Source: Methanothrix sp.
GTDB lineage: Archaea > Halobacteriota > Methanosarcinia > Methanotrichales > Methanotrichaceae
NCBI GenBank assembly: GCA_040770465.1
Contig: JAXGJB010000001.1
Coordinates: forward strand, 96,771 to 160,770
Direction: 5' to 3'
Length of the DNA stretch: 64,000 nt
Below the pieces are notes generated by a model, which was not told the DNA's origin, did not search any database, and saw only the letters and a list, made by a program, of their open reading frames with translations. Below, one piece after another: positions 48,495 to 58,444 of the stretch (its first letter is position 1; every line of letters starts with the position of its first letter). Made by a program: the position numbers and the translations under genes.

Positions 48495-49535
48495 ATGGTA
48501 TTATCTGCGATCACAGAATTTGCAGCCCAAGAGCCCAAGATATTCGCTTTTATCATCGGGCTGGTCGGCGCTGCCATCCTCGCCTCGGTCATCAACGTGG
48601 CCGCGATGGCCGTCGTCTGGCTCGAAAGAAAGGTCATGGGCGACCTCCAGGCGCGGTACGGACCGAACAGGGTCGGTGGCCGGTGGGGCATTCTCCAGCT
48701 CGGAGCTGACGCCATCAAGCTCTTCACAAAAGAGGACGTCATCCCGAGGGGCGCGGACAAGCCCGTCTACGTCTGGGCACCCATAGTGGCCAGCGCCACC
48801 ACAATGCTGGTGGCGGGAGCGATGCCCTTCGGCGCCGTAATAATCAACGGCAGAGAGATCCCCCTGGTGGTGGCCAACATGGACATCAGCGCCTTCTACG
48901 TCGAGGCCGCCCTCAGCATCATGGCGATATCCGCCTTCATGGCGGGCTGGTCTTCCAACAACAAGTACTCGATGCTGGGAGCGTTCAGGGGCATCGCCAG
49001 GATGATAGCGTACGAGGTCCCGATGGGCGTCTGCGTCATCAGCGTCGCCATCATGGCCCACAGCCTGAACCTGGTGGAGATCGTCCAAGCCCAGAGCATC
49101 TGGTTTGTCATAGCCCAGCCTATCGGGTTTGTGATATTCGCCATCGCTCTCATAACCGACCTCGGAAGGATGCCCTTCGACCAGACCGAGGCCGAGGAGG
49201 AGATCATAGCCGGCTACAACACCGAGTACAGCGGAATCCGGTTCGGCCTCCTCTACTTCCAGGAGTACAACATAATGCTCCTCGGGTCGGTCCTTCTGGT
49301 CCTCCTCTACCTGGGCGGCTGGAACGGTCCCGTCATCCCGGTGATATCCTTCATATCGCCGATGATCTGGTTTTTCATGAAGCTGCTCATAGTGCTGGTG
49401 GCCCTGATATGGGTCAGGGTATCCTTGGCGCGGTTCAGGATAGACCAGGTTACAGACCTCGGATGGAAGATACTGCTGCCCCTATCGATGGTCAATCTCG
49501 CGTGGGCAGTGGTCGTGGGGCTGTACTTCGCATGA
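48495..49535 (+). CDS. fpoH: Fpo complex subunit H
   Basis: ERKV..D.Q.R.GP, ADAIKLFTKE, R.PFD..EAEEE, RFRIDQ. Confidence 0.95.
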   Translation: MVLSAITEFAAQEPKIFAFIIGLVGAAILASVINVAAMAVVWLERKVMGDLQARYGPNRVGGRWGILQLGADAIKLFTKEDVIPRGADKPVYVWAPIVASATTMLVAGAMPFGAVIINGREIPLVVANMDISAFYVEAALSIMAISAFMAGWSSNNKYSMLGAFRGIARMIAYEVPMGVCVISVAIMAHSLNLVEIVQAQSIWFVIAQPIGFVIFAIALITDLGRMPFDQTEAEEEIIAGYNTEYSGIRFGLLYFQEYNIMLLGSVLLVLLYLGGWNGPVIPVISFISPMIWFFMKLLIVLVALIWVRVSLARFRIDQVTDLGWKILLPLSMVNLAWAVVVGLYFA

Positions 49536-49546
49536 GGTGACGATCT

Positions 49547-50128
49547 ATGGTGCTTAAGAACCTCAAAATGACCCTCAAGCGCTCGATGACCGGCGTGGAG
49601 GTCACCCGCCTTTATCCTGAGAAGATCATGGATCTTCCCGATGCGGAGAGGGGGATCCACGTTCTGGACATAAGGAAGTGCATCGGATGCGGCGCTTGCG
49701 GCAGGATCTGCCCCAACGACTGCATCAAATTGGTGCCTTACGCCCGCGGAAACCCGATGAAGAACAAGAAGCTTCAGTATCCCGAGATCGATTATGGACG
49801 GTGCATGTTCTGCGGCCTCTGCGTCGACGAATGTCCCGCGAGCTGCCTGACCATGTCCAAGGTCTTCGAGATAGCGGGCTGGGACAGGGACGACATAATC
49901 TACAGTCCCGAAGAGATCGCCGTCGGCTTCTACTCCGACCAGGAGCTTGCTGAACTCGCTGAAGAGGCGAGGAAGGCCGAAGAGGAGAAGAAGAGAAAGG
50001 CAGCCGAGGCAGCCAAGCTCAAGAAGGAGAAGGCAGCCAAAGAGGCAGCCAAGGCCAAAGAAGCCGAGGGTGGAGAGAAGGGTTCCGATAAGAAGGCCGC
50101 CAAGAAGTCGGCAGGTGAGACCGAATGA
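49547..50128 (+). CDS. fpoI: Fpo complex subunit I (2x[4Fe-4S]) with Lys/Ala/Glu-rich C-terminal extension
   Basis: CIGCGACGRICP, CMFCGLCVDECP; tail EEEKKRKAAEAAKLKKEKAAKEAAKAK. Confidence 0.95.
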   Translation: MVLKNLKMTLKRSMTGVEVTRLYPEKIMDLPDAERGIHVLDIRKCIGCGACGRICPNDCIKLVPYARGNPMKNKKLQYPEIDYGRCMFCGLCVDECPASCLTMSKVFEIAGWDRDDIIYSPEEIAVGFYSDQELAELAEEARKAEEEKKRKAAEAAKLKKEKAAKEAAKAKEAEGGEKGSDKKAAKKSAGETE

Positions 50129-50424
50129 TAGATCTTGCTCAGTTTTACGATCCAAGGTTCCTGATAGAGCTCGGAGCGTTCTCTTTGATCGCAGTGATCA
50201 TCCTCGGCCTCTCAATCCTCACCGTCTACTCCAGAAACATAGTCCACAGCGGTCTGTATCTCCTGGGGAGCTTCGCCGCGGTGGCTGCGTTATACATATT
50301 CCTGAACGCCACCTTCGTCGGAGTGGCCCAGGTTCTGGTGTACATCGGAGCGGTGGGAGTGCTGATACTCTTCGCAATAATGCTCACTAGAAAGACGCTG
50401 ATGGAGGAGGAATCCCATGGTTAA
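50125..50424 (+). CDS. fpoJ: Fpo subunit J, N-terminal part
   Basis: HSGLYL, AQVLVYIGAVGVLILFAIMLT. Confidence 0.9.
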   Translation: MIDLAQFYDPRFLIELGAFSLIAVIILGLSILTVYSRNIVHSGLYLLGSFAAVAALYIFLNATFVGVAQVLVYIGAVGVLILFAIMLTRKTLMEEESHG

Positions 50425-50683
50425 GGTTAAAACGTCGATTTTGACGCTTATCTTTCTGGCCGCGCTACTCGTGCTTCTCGCAGCGACACCATGGGGCGGC
50501 GAGGAGAAGGGTTTGAAAAGTTTCGAGCCGAGAGAAGGGGCCAGAGCCCCGGAGAGCGGAATTGGGGAGATCGGCGTTGAGATATTCACGCTTTATCTCG
50601 TCCCCTTCGAGGTCCTCTCCCTGGTGCTCCTGGCAGCCCTGATCGGCGCGATACACGTCGCAAGAAAGGAGTTGCCCAGATGA
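50417..50683 (+). CDS. Fpo subunit J, C-terminal part (J2)
   Basis: IG..IFT.YLVPFEVLSLVLLAALIGAI. Confidence 0.88.
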   Translation: MVKVKTSILTLIFLAALLVLLAATPWGGEEKGLKSFEPREGARAPESGIGEIGVEIFTLYLVPFEVLSLVLLAALIGAIHVARKELPR

Positions 50684-50705
50684 TGGCGTGGAGGGAGGAA
50701 AACAG

Positions 50706-51008
50706 ATGATCCCACTAGTGCTATACGTGCTGCTGTCGTCGGCGATGTTCACCATCGGCCTCTACGGCCTTCTGACTCAGCGGAACGGTATCAAGCTTAT
50801 GATGTGCGTGGAGATCCTGCTGAACAGCGCAAACATCAATCTGGTGGCGTTCTCGGCGTACTTGCCCAACGTGAACGGTCAGGTATTCGCCCTGTTCTCC
50901 ATCGCCCTGGCCGCTGCGGAGGCCGGCGTTGGATTCGCCATCCTGATCGTGCTGTACAGGCTGTACGGAACGATAGAGCTGGACAACATCAACGCGCTGA
51001 GGTGGTAA
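50706..51008 (+). CDS. fpoK: Fpo complex subunit K
   Basis: IGLYG, EILLNSANIN, AAAEAGVG. Confidence 0.93.
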   Translation: MIPLVLYVLLSSAMFTIGLYGLLTQRNGIKLMMCVEILLNSANINLVAFSAYLPNVNGQVFALFSIALAAAEAGVGFAILIVLYRLYGTIELDNINALRW

Positions 51009-51012
51009 AGGG

Positions 51013-53013
51013 ATGTACCAAGATTACGCCTATCTGATCGTGGGCCTGCCTATACTGGCCTTCGTCCTCACGATCTTTCTCGGCTGGCATCTGCCAAAGG
51101 GAGGCGGGTTCTTCACAGTTCTGGCGACCTTTGCAGGGTTCATACTCTCCTTTGGGATATTCAGGGAGATTTATCCCAACGACGAGATCGTCCACCAATC
51201 GATGCATTGGTTTGCGAACTTCAACGCCGGGATCCTGATAGATCCGCTGGCCATAGTGATGCTCCTGATGGTCACCTTCGTCTGTACCATGATCCACACC
51301 TATGCTCTCGGGTACATGGAAGGCGACCCCGGGATGGCACGGTACTTCGCCGAGGCTGGCCTCTTCACCGCTGCGATGCTGGGCCTCGTCTTCTCCGACA
51401 ACCTGCTTCAGCTCTTCATATTCTGGGAGCTTGTAGGTCTCTGTTCATACCTCTTAATCGGGTTCTGGTACCGTAAGCCCTCGGCGGCATCCGCCGCCAA
51501 GAAGGCCTTCCTGGTGACGAGAGTCGGAGACGTGATGTTCCTCGCAGGGATAGTTCTCCTCTACACCAACATGGTGAAGCTGAACCTGACCCTTCCCGAC
51601 GGGGCGTACCTGCTCCAGTTCCAGACGATCTACGACAGTCTGACTCTGATCCCGCCTGACCAGCTCACCTGGATCGCCGTTCTTCTCTTCGGCGGGGCTG
51701 TCGGCAAGTCGGGCCAGTTCCCCCTGCACGTCTGGCTTCCCGACGCCATGGAAGGTCCAACCACGGTCTCGGCGATGATCCACGCCGCCACCATGGTTAC
51801 CGCTGGCGTATACCTCGTGGCGAGGATGTTCCCGCTCTTCTACGCCGCGCCCAACGCTCTGATGGTCGTCGCATACGTCGGCGCCTTCACTGCGCTATTC
51901 GCGGCCACGATGGGCCTTGTGATGTTCGACATCAAGAGAGTCCTCGCCTATTCGACGGTCAGCCAGCTCGGCTACATGATGGCAGGCCTGGGGATAGGAG
52001 CTGCCATGGGAGCGTTCTCCGTCGGAGTCTCGATGTTCCATCTGATCGGCCACTCCTTCTTCAAGGCCCTCCTCTTCCTCTGCGCCGGAAGCGTCATCCA
52101 CGCCGTCGGCACCAACGACCTGAGGGAGATGGGAGGCGTCCTGAAGCACATGAAGTGGACCGGCCTCACCATGCTGGCGGGGTCTCTGACCCTGGCCGGG
52201 TTCCCTTACACCACGGGGTTCTTCAGCAAGGACGAGATCATCGTCACAGCCTACGAACACGGTGCCATGGGGTTCGGCTGGGTTCCTTACATCTTCGCGG
52301 TCGTCGCAGCCCTTCTCACCGCCATTTACACCTTCAGGCTCTGGTTCCTGGTATTTGACGGCGAGGCGAGGAGCGACTATCACAAGCACGAGTCCCCCTG
52401 GATCATGCTCGGTCCCCTGGTGATTCTGGCGATATTCGCCCTCTTCATGGGAGTAGGGCTGAACATAGTGAACGTAGGAGGGGAAGGAGAAGACGGTGGA
52501 GAGAATCCCTTCTACACATACGTCGGAAACAACTTTGATCACTTCGGGGTTGACTTCGAGGAGCTGGCGGTGATCGGAGGCCATCACGTCGAGCACGGTG
52601 CCGAGGTGCACGAGCCCCCCATCATCAAGTATCTGCCGATCATAGTCGGTGTCGGCGGCATCCTCATCGCTGCCCTCTTCTACTCGCGGTGGAAGAGGTT
52701 CGACTCGGGGATGGTCACATCGGAGAGAGATCCTCTGCGACATATTCTCCTCAAGAGGTACTACCAGAACGAGATCTATACACTCTGGTTTGCAGAGAAG
52801 GTGATCTACGGCATAGCCCTCGTCTCCAACATGATCGACCTCAAGATCATAGACGGGACTGTGAACAAGATAAGCGCCATATCGGTGGGATTCGGCGGAA
52901 CGCTCCGCAAGCTCCAGACCGGCGTGATACAGAACTACCTCACTGCCATAGTTCTGGGCCTTGCGGTCCTGCTGATACTTATTGAGCTGGCGTCCCTGGG
53001 GGTGGCGATATGA
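51013..53013 (+). CDS. fpoL: Fpo complex subunit L
   Basis: WELVGLCSYLLIGFW, GKSGQFPLHVWLPDAMEGPT, FFKALLFL, FFSKDEI. Confidence 0.95.
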   Translation: MYQDYAYLIVGLPILAFVLTIFLGWHLPKGGGFFTVLATFAGFILSFGIFREIYPNDEIVHQSMHWFANFNAGILIDPLAIVMLLMVTFVCTMIHTYALGYMEGDPGMARYFAEAGLFTAAMLGLVFSDNLLQLFIFWELVGLCSYLLIGFWYRKPSAASAAKKAFLVTRVGDVMFLAGIVLLYTNMVKLNLTLPDGAYLLQFQTIYDSLTLIPPDQLTWIAVLLFGGAVGKSGQFPLHVWLPDAMEGPTTVSAMIHAATMVTAGVYLVARMFPLFYAAPNALMVVAYVGAFTALFAATMGLVMFDIKRVLAYSTVSQLGYMMAGLGIGAAMGAFSVGVSMFHLIGHSFFKALLFLCAGSVIHAVGTNDLREMGGVLKHMKWTGLTMLAGSLTLAGFPYTTGFFSKDEIIVTAYEHGAMGFGWVPYIFAVVAALLTAIYTFRLWFLVFDGEARSDYHKHESPWIMLGPLVILAIFALFMGVGLNIVNVGGEGEDGGENPFYTYVGNNFDHFGVDFEELAVIGGHHVEHGAEVHEPPIIKYLPIIVGVGGILIAALFYSRWKRFDSGMVTSERDPLRHILLKRYYQNEIYTLWFAEKVIYGIALVSNMIDLKIIDGTVNKISAISVGFGGTLRKLQTGVIQNYLTAIVLGLAVLLILIELASLGVAI

Positions 53014-54530
53014 TTGGAGAACCCTATGCCATATCACTGATGATCGCCGTGCCGCTCCTGGCTGCGGTTCTTGCCTTCCTCAATGCGAAGGGAGCAAAGT
53101 ACGTGGCCCTGATAGGGTCGCTGATCCCCCTGGGGATATCCCTCCAGATGTTCCAGGAGTTTGACAAGACATCGAACGCCATGCAGTTTGTGGAGAGCTA
53201 CGACTGGGTTCCCGCCATCGGCGTCAAGTACACCGTCGGCGTCGACGGGATAGGGTTGCCTCTGATCCTCCTCTCCACCATCGTCAGCGTCCTTGTGGTC
53301 GTCTACTCCTGGGGTGAGAGCAAGAGGTCAAACCAGTTCTTCGCCCTCCTCCTCTTAAACGAGGTGGGAGTTCTCGGAGTCTTTACAGCCCTCGACTTCT
53401 TCCTCTTCTACATCTTCTGGGAGGTCGTGCTGATACCCATGTTCTTTTTGATAGGGATATGGGGCGGGCCGAGGAAGGACTACGCTGCGATCAAGTTCTT
53501 CATCTACACTCACGTGGCAAGTCTGATAATGCTGCTGGCGATATTCGCCCTCTACTTCAGCTACAGAACCCCCGAAGGCCTCCGGACCTTCGACATAATG
53601 ACCCTCCTTGCGGCGACGGGAGATTCGACGATATTCTCGCCGATGCTCCTGAACGTGATCTTCATAGGGCTCCTCTTCGGGTTCCTGGTGAAGATGCCTG
53701 CGGTGCCGTTCCACACCTGGCTTCCCGACGCTCACGTCGAGGCACCGACGGCGGGGTCCGTGCTGCTGGCAGCTCTCCTCCTGAAGATGGGCGGCTACGG
53801 TCTCTTCAGGATCGTGATGCCGATGCTGCCGAACGTCTCATCCCACTACATCACCCTGATGGCGATAATAGGGGTTGTGAGCATCGTATACGGCGGCTTT
53901 CTGGCGCTGGCCCAAAAGGACCTCAAGAAGATGGTCGCTTACTCAAGTGTCAGCCACATGGGGTACGTCCTCCTTGGAGCCGGGGCCCTCAGCGTCCTCT
54001 CGGTCCAGGGGGCTATGTTCCAGCAGTTCAGCCACGGGCTGATCACCTGCGTTCTCTTCATGTCTGCAGGAACGATCCAGCACACTGCCGGGACCAGGAT
54101 CATCTCCGAGCTTGGCGGCCTCGCTGACAGGATGCCCAAGTTCGCAGTCCTGATGCTGGCCGGGTTCATGGCATCTCTTGGACTTCCCGGCATGTGCGGC
54201 TTTGTGGCAGAGGTCTCTGTGCTTGCAGGGTCCTTTACGAGCGTACAACCCCACATGCAGCTCTACGTCCTGGTAGTGATCTTCGGTGGGATCGCGGTCA
54301 CCGCGGGCTACCACCTGTGGTCGATGCAGAAGGTCATGTTCGGGCCGATCCTGAAGAAGTACCTGGATCTCAAAGATCCACATTCGTACGAGTTACTCTC
54401 GATGAGCATACTGATACTGCTCATAATCTACTTCGGGGTCCAGCCTGGGACGATCACCGACATCATGGGCGTGGCGGCCGAGCCGCTGGTCAAACCGTTT
54501 ATGGCCCTGGCTGCAACGGGGGTGATCTGA
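53010..54530 (+). CDS. fpoM: Fpo complex subunit M
   Basis: FYIFWE, PFHTWLPDAHVEAP, LKMGGYG, AYSSVSHMG. Confidence 0.95.
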   Translation: MIGEPYAISLMIAVPLLAAVLAFLNAKGAKYVALIGSLIPLGISLQMFQEFDKTSNAMQFVESYDWVPAIGVKYTVGVDGIGLPLILLSTIVSVLVVVYSWGESKRSNQFFALLLLNEVGVLGVFTALDFFLFYIFWEVVLIPMFFLIGIWGGPRKDYAAIKFFIYTHVASLIMLLAIFALYFSYRTPEGLRTFDIMTLLAATGDSTIFSPMLLNVIFIGLLFGFLVKMPAVPFHTWLPDAHVEAPTAGSVLLAALLLKMGGYGLFRIVMPMLPNVSSHYITLMAIIGVVSIVYGGFLALAQKDLKKMVAYSSVSHMGYVLLGAGALSVLSVQGAMFQQFSHGLITCVLFMSAGTIQHTAGTRIISELGGLADRMPKFAVLMLAGFMASLGLPGMCGFVAEVSVLAGSFTSVQPHMQLYVLVVIFGGIAVTAGYHLWSMQKVMFGPILKKYLDLKDPHSYELLSMSILILLIIYFGVQPGTITDIMGVAAEPLVKPFMALAATGVI

Positions 54531-54531
54531 A

Positions 54532-56010
54532 GTGACACTAGCAATCGGTGACTATCTCTCTCTCTTGGGTGCAGAGGCGCTGCTTACGGGGCTTGCTCTG
54601 GTGATGATCCTCATCGGGCTGTTCATGAAGAACAAGAACCTGATGGGATATCTGAGCCTGGCGGGGCTCGTCGCCTCGCTCTTCCTGGTGATGGGAGCCG
54701 ACAGGACCACTGGCCCCCTCTTTTACGGGACGATAGAGGTCGACGCCCTATCCCAGTTCTTCAAGCTGGTATTCGTCGCGGTCTCGTTGATCGTGGTGAT
54801 GGCCGGCCTCAGCAGGTACAAGAACAGCCCCGCCCAGGACGAGTTCTACATCCTCCTCCTCCTGGCCACCGTGGGCATGATGGTGGTGGCTAGCTCCATC
54901 GACCTCGTCACCCTCTTCATAGGGTTCGAGCTTGCGAGCCTCTCCACCTACGCCATGGCAGCCTTCGATAAGGAGAAGCAGAACCTGGAAGCCGCGATGA
55001 AGTACTTCATCTTCGGATCGGTCTCATCGGCGTTGATGCTCTTCGGGTTCTCCATCCTCTACGGCCTCTCGGGAACCACGAGGCTGGCGGAGATCGCCAC
55101 GGCCTCCGTGGCGGATATGGGACCTGCGACCCTCATCGCCCTCCTCTTCGTGGTGGCGGGATTCGGGTTCAAGATGGCCCTCGTCCCCTTCCACATGTGG
55201 GCTCCCGACACCTACGAGGGATCGCCGACGATCGTTACGGCGTTCCTTGCTGCAGGCTCGAAGAAGATGGGGTTTGTGGCGGCCTTCAAGGTCATCTTCA
55301 TAGCTCTGGTGGCCCTCAGCTTTGAGTGGTACATGGCCTTCGCCATCCTTGTGGCGATAACCATGACCCTCGGTAACATCGTCGCCATCTGGCAGAAGAG
55401 CGTCAAGAGGATGCTGGCTTACTCCAGCGTCGCTTACGCCGGGTACATAGCCATCGCATTTGTGGTCGTAGGAGCTGTCAACACCGGCGGCCTCGACCTG
55501 GCTGTGGCGCAAAACGGCCTTGCGAGCGGCCTGATGCTGATCCTCGGCCACGCCTTCATGAAGACCGGGGCTTTCATCGCCGCTGCGGTGGTCGGGTACA
55601 TGGCCCTCTCTGAAGGGAGGAAGAACCCCGACGACCTGGAGCAGTATGCGGGCCTTGGGCGGAGAGCCCCCATAACCGCGTTCTGCATGCTGATCTTCCT
55701 CTTCTCGCTATCGGGGATTCCCCCGACGGCGGGGTTCATCGGGAAGTTCATGCTCTGGGGTGCGACGATCGACTCCGGCCTCGTATGGCTTGCGGTCCTC
55801 TTCGCCCTCAACAGCGCTCTCTCGCTGTACTATTACCTTAGGGTGATCATGTACATGTACGTCAGAGAGCCAGCGGGCGCGAAGATCTCAGAGCCTAAGG
55901 GGTACGTCCTGGCGATGGTCGCGGCCCTGGTGGTCGTCATCTGGATCGGCGTCTTCCCCCAGGCCTTCATCGACTTCGCCTACAGTGCAGCAGCTGTTCT
56001 GCTGCACTGA
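54532..56010 (+). CDS. fpoN: Fpo complex subunit N
   Basis: EAAMKYF, FKMALVPFHMWAPDTYEG, KRMLAYSS, GIPPTAGF. Confidence 0.95.
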   Translation: MTLAIGDYLSLLGAEALLTGLALVMILIGLFMKNKNLMGYLSLAGLVASLFLVMGADRTTGPLFYGTIEVDALSQFFKLVFVAVSLIVVMAGLSRYKNSPAQDEFYILLLLATVGMMVVASSIDLVTLFIGFELASLSTYAMAAFDKEKQNLEAAMKYFIFGSVSSALMLFGFSILYGLSGTTRLAEIATASVADMGPATLIALLFVVAGFGFKMALVPFHMWAPDTYEGSPTIVTAFLAAGSKKMGFVAAFKVIFIALVALSFEWYMAFAILVAITMTLGNIVAIWQKSVKRMLAYSSVAYAGYIAIAFVVVGAVNTGGLDLAVAQNGLASGLMLILGHAFMKTGAFIAAAVVGYMALSEGRKNPDDLEQYAGLGRRAPITAFCMLIFLFSLSGIPPTAGFIGKFMLWGATIDSGLVWLAVLFALNSALSLYYYLRVIMYMYVREPAGAKISEPKGYVLAMVAALVVVIWIGVFPQAFIDFAYSAAAVLLH

Positions 56011-56014
56011 AAAC

Positions 56015-56040
56015 CTTCTTTTTTTCCGGGCTTTATTTTA
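56015..56040 (+). terminator. Oligo-T terminator of the fpo operon
   Basis: cttctttttttccgggctttatttt immediately after the fpoN stop. Confidence 0.55.
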
Positions 56041-56261
56041 AATGATTGATATTTTCTGATTCGCTCTCCTTCTTCGTGAGGCGAGACCATGCCCAGATCT
56101 CCAAGTCGGCTAAAGAGCAGCCTGGTTTGAGAGGTGAAGAACTCCTATCCGATCGCCAAAACGGAATCGGTCTCTATGGGGCAAACAGATTTCTGGCTAT
56201 GTCGAACAACCGAAACATATTTAACAATTTGAAACCTTCTTTTTCCATAAGAGTGATCCTG

Positions 56262-58382
56262 ATGCGGCTGAAGTTGATTCTGTCTTCGATGTTGCTATTG
56301 GCGCTGACGTCGGCGGCTGTCGCCGACGAGGTGGACGATCACATATCAGATCTAACGGACGAAGATCCGGGGGTCCGATGGAGGGCTGCATTTGTGCTCG
56401 GCAAAATCGGCGATCCACAAGCTGTCGATCCCCTAATCCTCGCATTGAACGACTCAGATGGCGATGTCCGAAGCGTTGCTGCCTGGGCGCTTGGCAAGAT
56501 GGAGGACCTGAAAGCCGTCGATCCCCTGATCCTCTCTTTAAACGACTCAGATAAAATTGTCCGAAAGGAAGCTGCAAGGGCGCTCGGCGAAATAGGCGAC
56601 CCACGAGCTGTCGACCCCCTGATCCTGGCATTGAACAACTCAGATAGCGCTTACGAATATTGGGATATCAAATACTGGGTTGCAAGGTCTCTCTGCAACA
56701 TTGGTGATCCAGCTATTGTCCCATTGATCTCGGCATTGAACAACTCAGATAACAATATCCGGAGTGGGGCTGCTGAGGCTCTTGGCATGATAGGCGACCC
56801 TCGTGCCGTCGATCCCCTGATCCTGGCATTGAACGACTCCGATACTAAGGTCCAAAGGTTTGCTGCGTGGGCTCTTGGAGAGATCGGCGAGCCATCCATC
56901 GACCCTTTGCTCCTTTCGTTGAACGACTCAGATAGCGATGTCCGAAAGGAAGCTGCAGGGGCGCTTGGTTATATAAGAGACCCGCGAGCTGTCGCCTCCC
57001 TGATCCTGGCATTGAACGACTCAGATAGCGATGTCCGAAAGGAAGCTGCAGGGGCTCTTGGTTATATAAGAGACCCGCGAGCTGTCGCCTCCCTGATCCT
57101 GGCATTGAACGATTCAGATAGCGATGTCAGAAAGGGTGCTGCAAGGGCGCTTGGCAATATAGGCGATCCACGATCCGTCGCCCCCCTGATACAGGCATTG
57201 AACGATTCAGATAGCGATGTCCGAAAGGAATCTGCAATGGCACTCGGCAATATAGGCGACATACAGGCCGTCGCCCCCCTGATCCAGACATTGAAGGACC
57301 CAGATAACGATGTCCGATGGGGGGCAGTATGGGCGCTTGGCGATATAGGTGATCCTGAAGCAGTCGATCCTCTCATCGATGCTCTCAAAGATGAGGACCC
57401 GTGGATTCGATATCGGGCTGCATTGGTTCTCGGCGAGATAGGTGACCCACGAGCTGTCGATCCTTTAATCCTGGCATTCAACAATACGGATGATTATGTT
57501 CGAGATGCGGCTGCATCAGCGCTTGGTTATATAGGTGAGCCCGCTGTCGATCCCTTGATAAAGGTGCTGAATAGCTCAAATAACGATGCCCGAGTCGGTG
57601 CTGCACAGGCGCTCGGTTATATCGGAGACCTCAGGGCCGTCGGTCCTCTGATCCTGGCATTGAACGATTCCAATAGCGAATTCCAAGAGGAAGCTGCATC
57701 ATCGCTTGGCTTGATCGGCGACTCGCGAGCTGTTGACCCTCTGATCCTGGCATTGAATAACTCTGATCGCCGTCTCAGATGGAATGCCGCAATAGCTCTT
57801 GGTTACATAGGCGATCCGCGATCTGTTGATCCTTTGGTTCTGGTATTGAACGATTCAGATAAATACATCCGGAGAGATGCTGTACAGGCGCTTGGTCGTA
57901 TCGGAGACCCACGGGCTGTCGATCCGTTGATCCAGGCATTGAACGATTCGCATAGTTGGGTCCGAGAGGAAGCCGCATCATCGCTTGGCTTGATCGGTGA
58001 CCCACGAGCTGTTGACCCTCTAATCCTGGCATTGAATAACTCTGATAGACTTTTCAGATGCAATGCTGCAAAAGCCCTTGGCCACATAGGCGATCTGCAA
58101 GCGGTCGATTCTCTTATTTTGGCATTGAACGATTCAGATAGCGATGTCCGAAAGGAAGCTGCGATGTCGCTCGGAGAGATAGGTGATCCCATGGCGATTG
58201 GTCCCCTGGTCAAGGCTCTCGATGACAAGAACTCGAATGTCAGAGCTGCGGCCGCTGAGGCTCTCGGAGAGATAGGTGATCCCATGGCGATCGGTCCCCT
58301 GGTCGAGGCTCTCGATGACAAGAACTCGAATGTCAGAGCTGCGGCGGCAAGAGCTCTCGAAAAGCTGGGGTGTCAGGGCTGA
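56262..58382 (+). CDS. Secreted HEAT-repeat (PBS lyase-like) protein, about 22 repeats of ~31 aa
   Basis: Signal peptide MRLKLILSSMLLLALTSAAVA; repeat consensus AVDPLILALNDSDxxVRxxAAxALGxIGDPR. Confidence 0.92.
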   Translation: MRLKLILSSMLLLALTSAAVADEVDDHISDLTDEDPGVRWRAAFVLGKIGDPQAVDPLILALNDSDGDVRSVAAWALGKMEDLKAVDPLILSLNDSDKIVRKEAARALGEIGDPRAVDPLILALNNSDSAYEYWDIKYWVARSLCNIGDPAIVPLISALNNSDNNIRSGAAEALGMIGDPRAVDPLILALNDSDTKVQRFAAWALGEIGEPSIDPLLLSLNDSDSDVRKEAAGALGYIRDPRAVASLILALNDSDSDVRKEAAGALGYIRDPRAVASLILALNDSDSDVRKGAARALGNIGDPRSVAPLIQALNDSDSDVRKESAMALGNIGDIQAVAPLIQTLKDPDNDVRWGAVWALGDIGDPEAVDPLIDALKDEDPWIRYRAALVLGEIGDPRAVDPLILAFNNTDDYVRDAAASALGYIGEPAVDPLIKVLNSSNNDARVGAAQALGYIGDLRAVGPLILALNDSNSEFQEEAASSLGLIGDSRAVDPLILALNNSDRRLRWNAAIALGYIGDPRSVDPLVLVLNDSDKYIRRDAVQALGRIGDPRAVDPLIQALNDSHSWVREEAASSLGLIGDPRAVDPLILALNNSDRLFRCNAAKALGHIGDLQAVDSLILALNDSDSDVRKEAAMSLGEIGDPMAIGPLVKALDDKNSNVRAAAAEALGEIGDPMAIGPLVEALDDKNSNVRAAAARALEKLGCQG

Positions 58383-58444
58383 GCCCCAGCATTCGCCTTT
58401 TTATGCGACCCGCCAAGATGGATATTCTTCATTCTTCTGAAGGT

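Noticed and set aside
50125-50683. Frameshifted fpoJ pseudogene
   Set aside because: A split J is typical of archaeal Fpo/Nuo operons, and the second part has its own GGAGG SD and ATG.
56380-58360. CRISPR array or DGR-like repeats
   Set aside because: The repeats are in-frame 93-bp coding units; there is no repeat-spacer structure and no cas or reverse transcriptase gene in the window.
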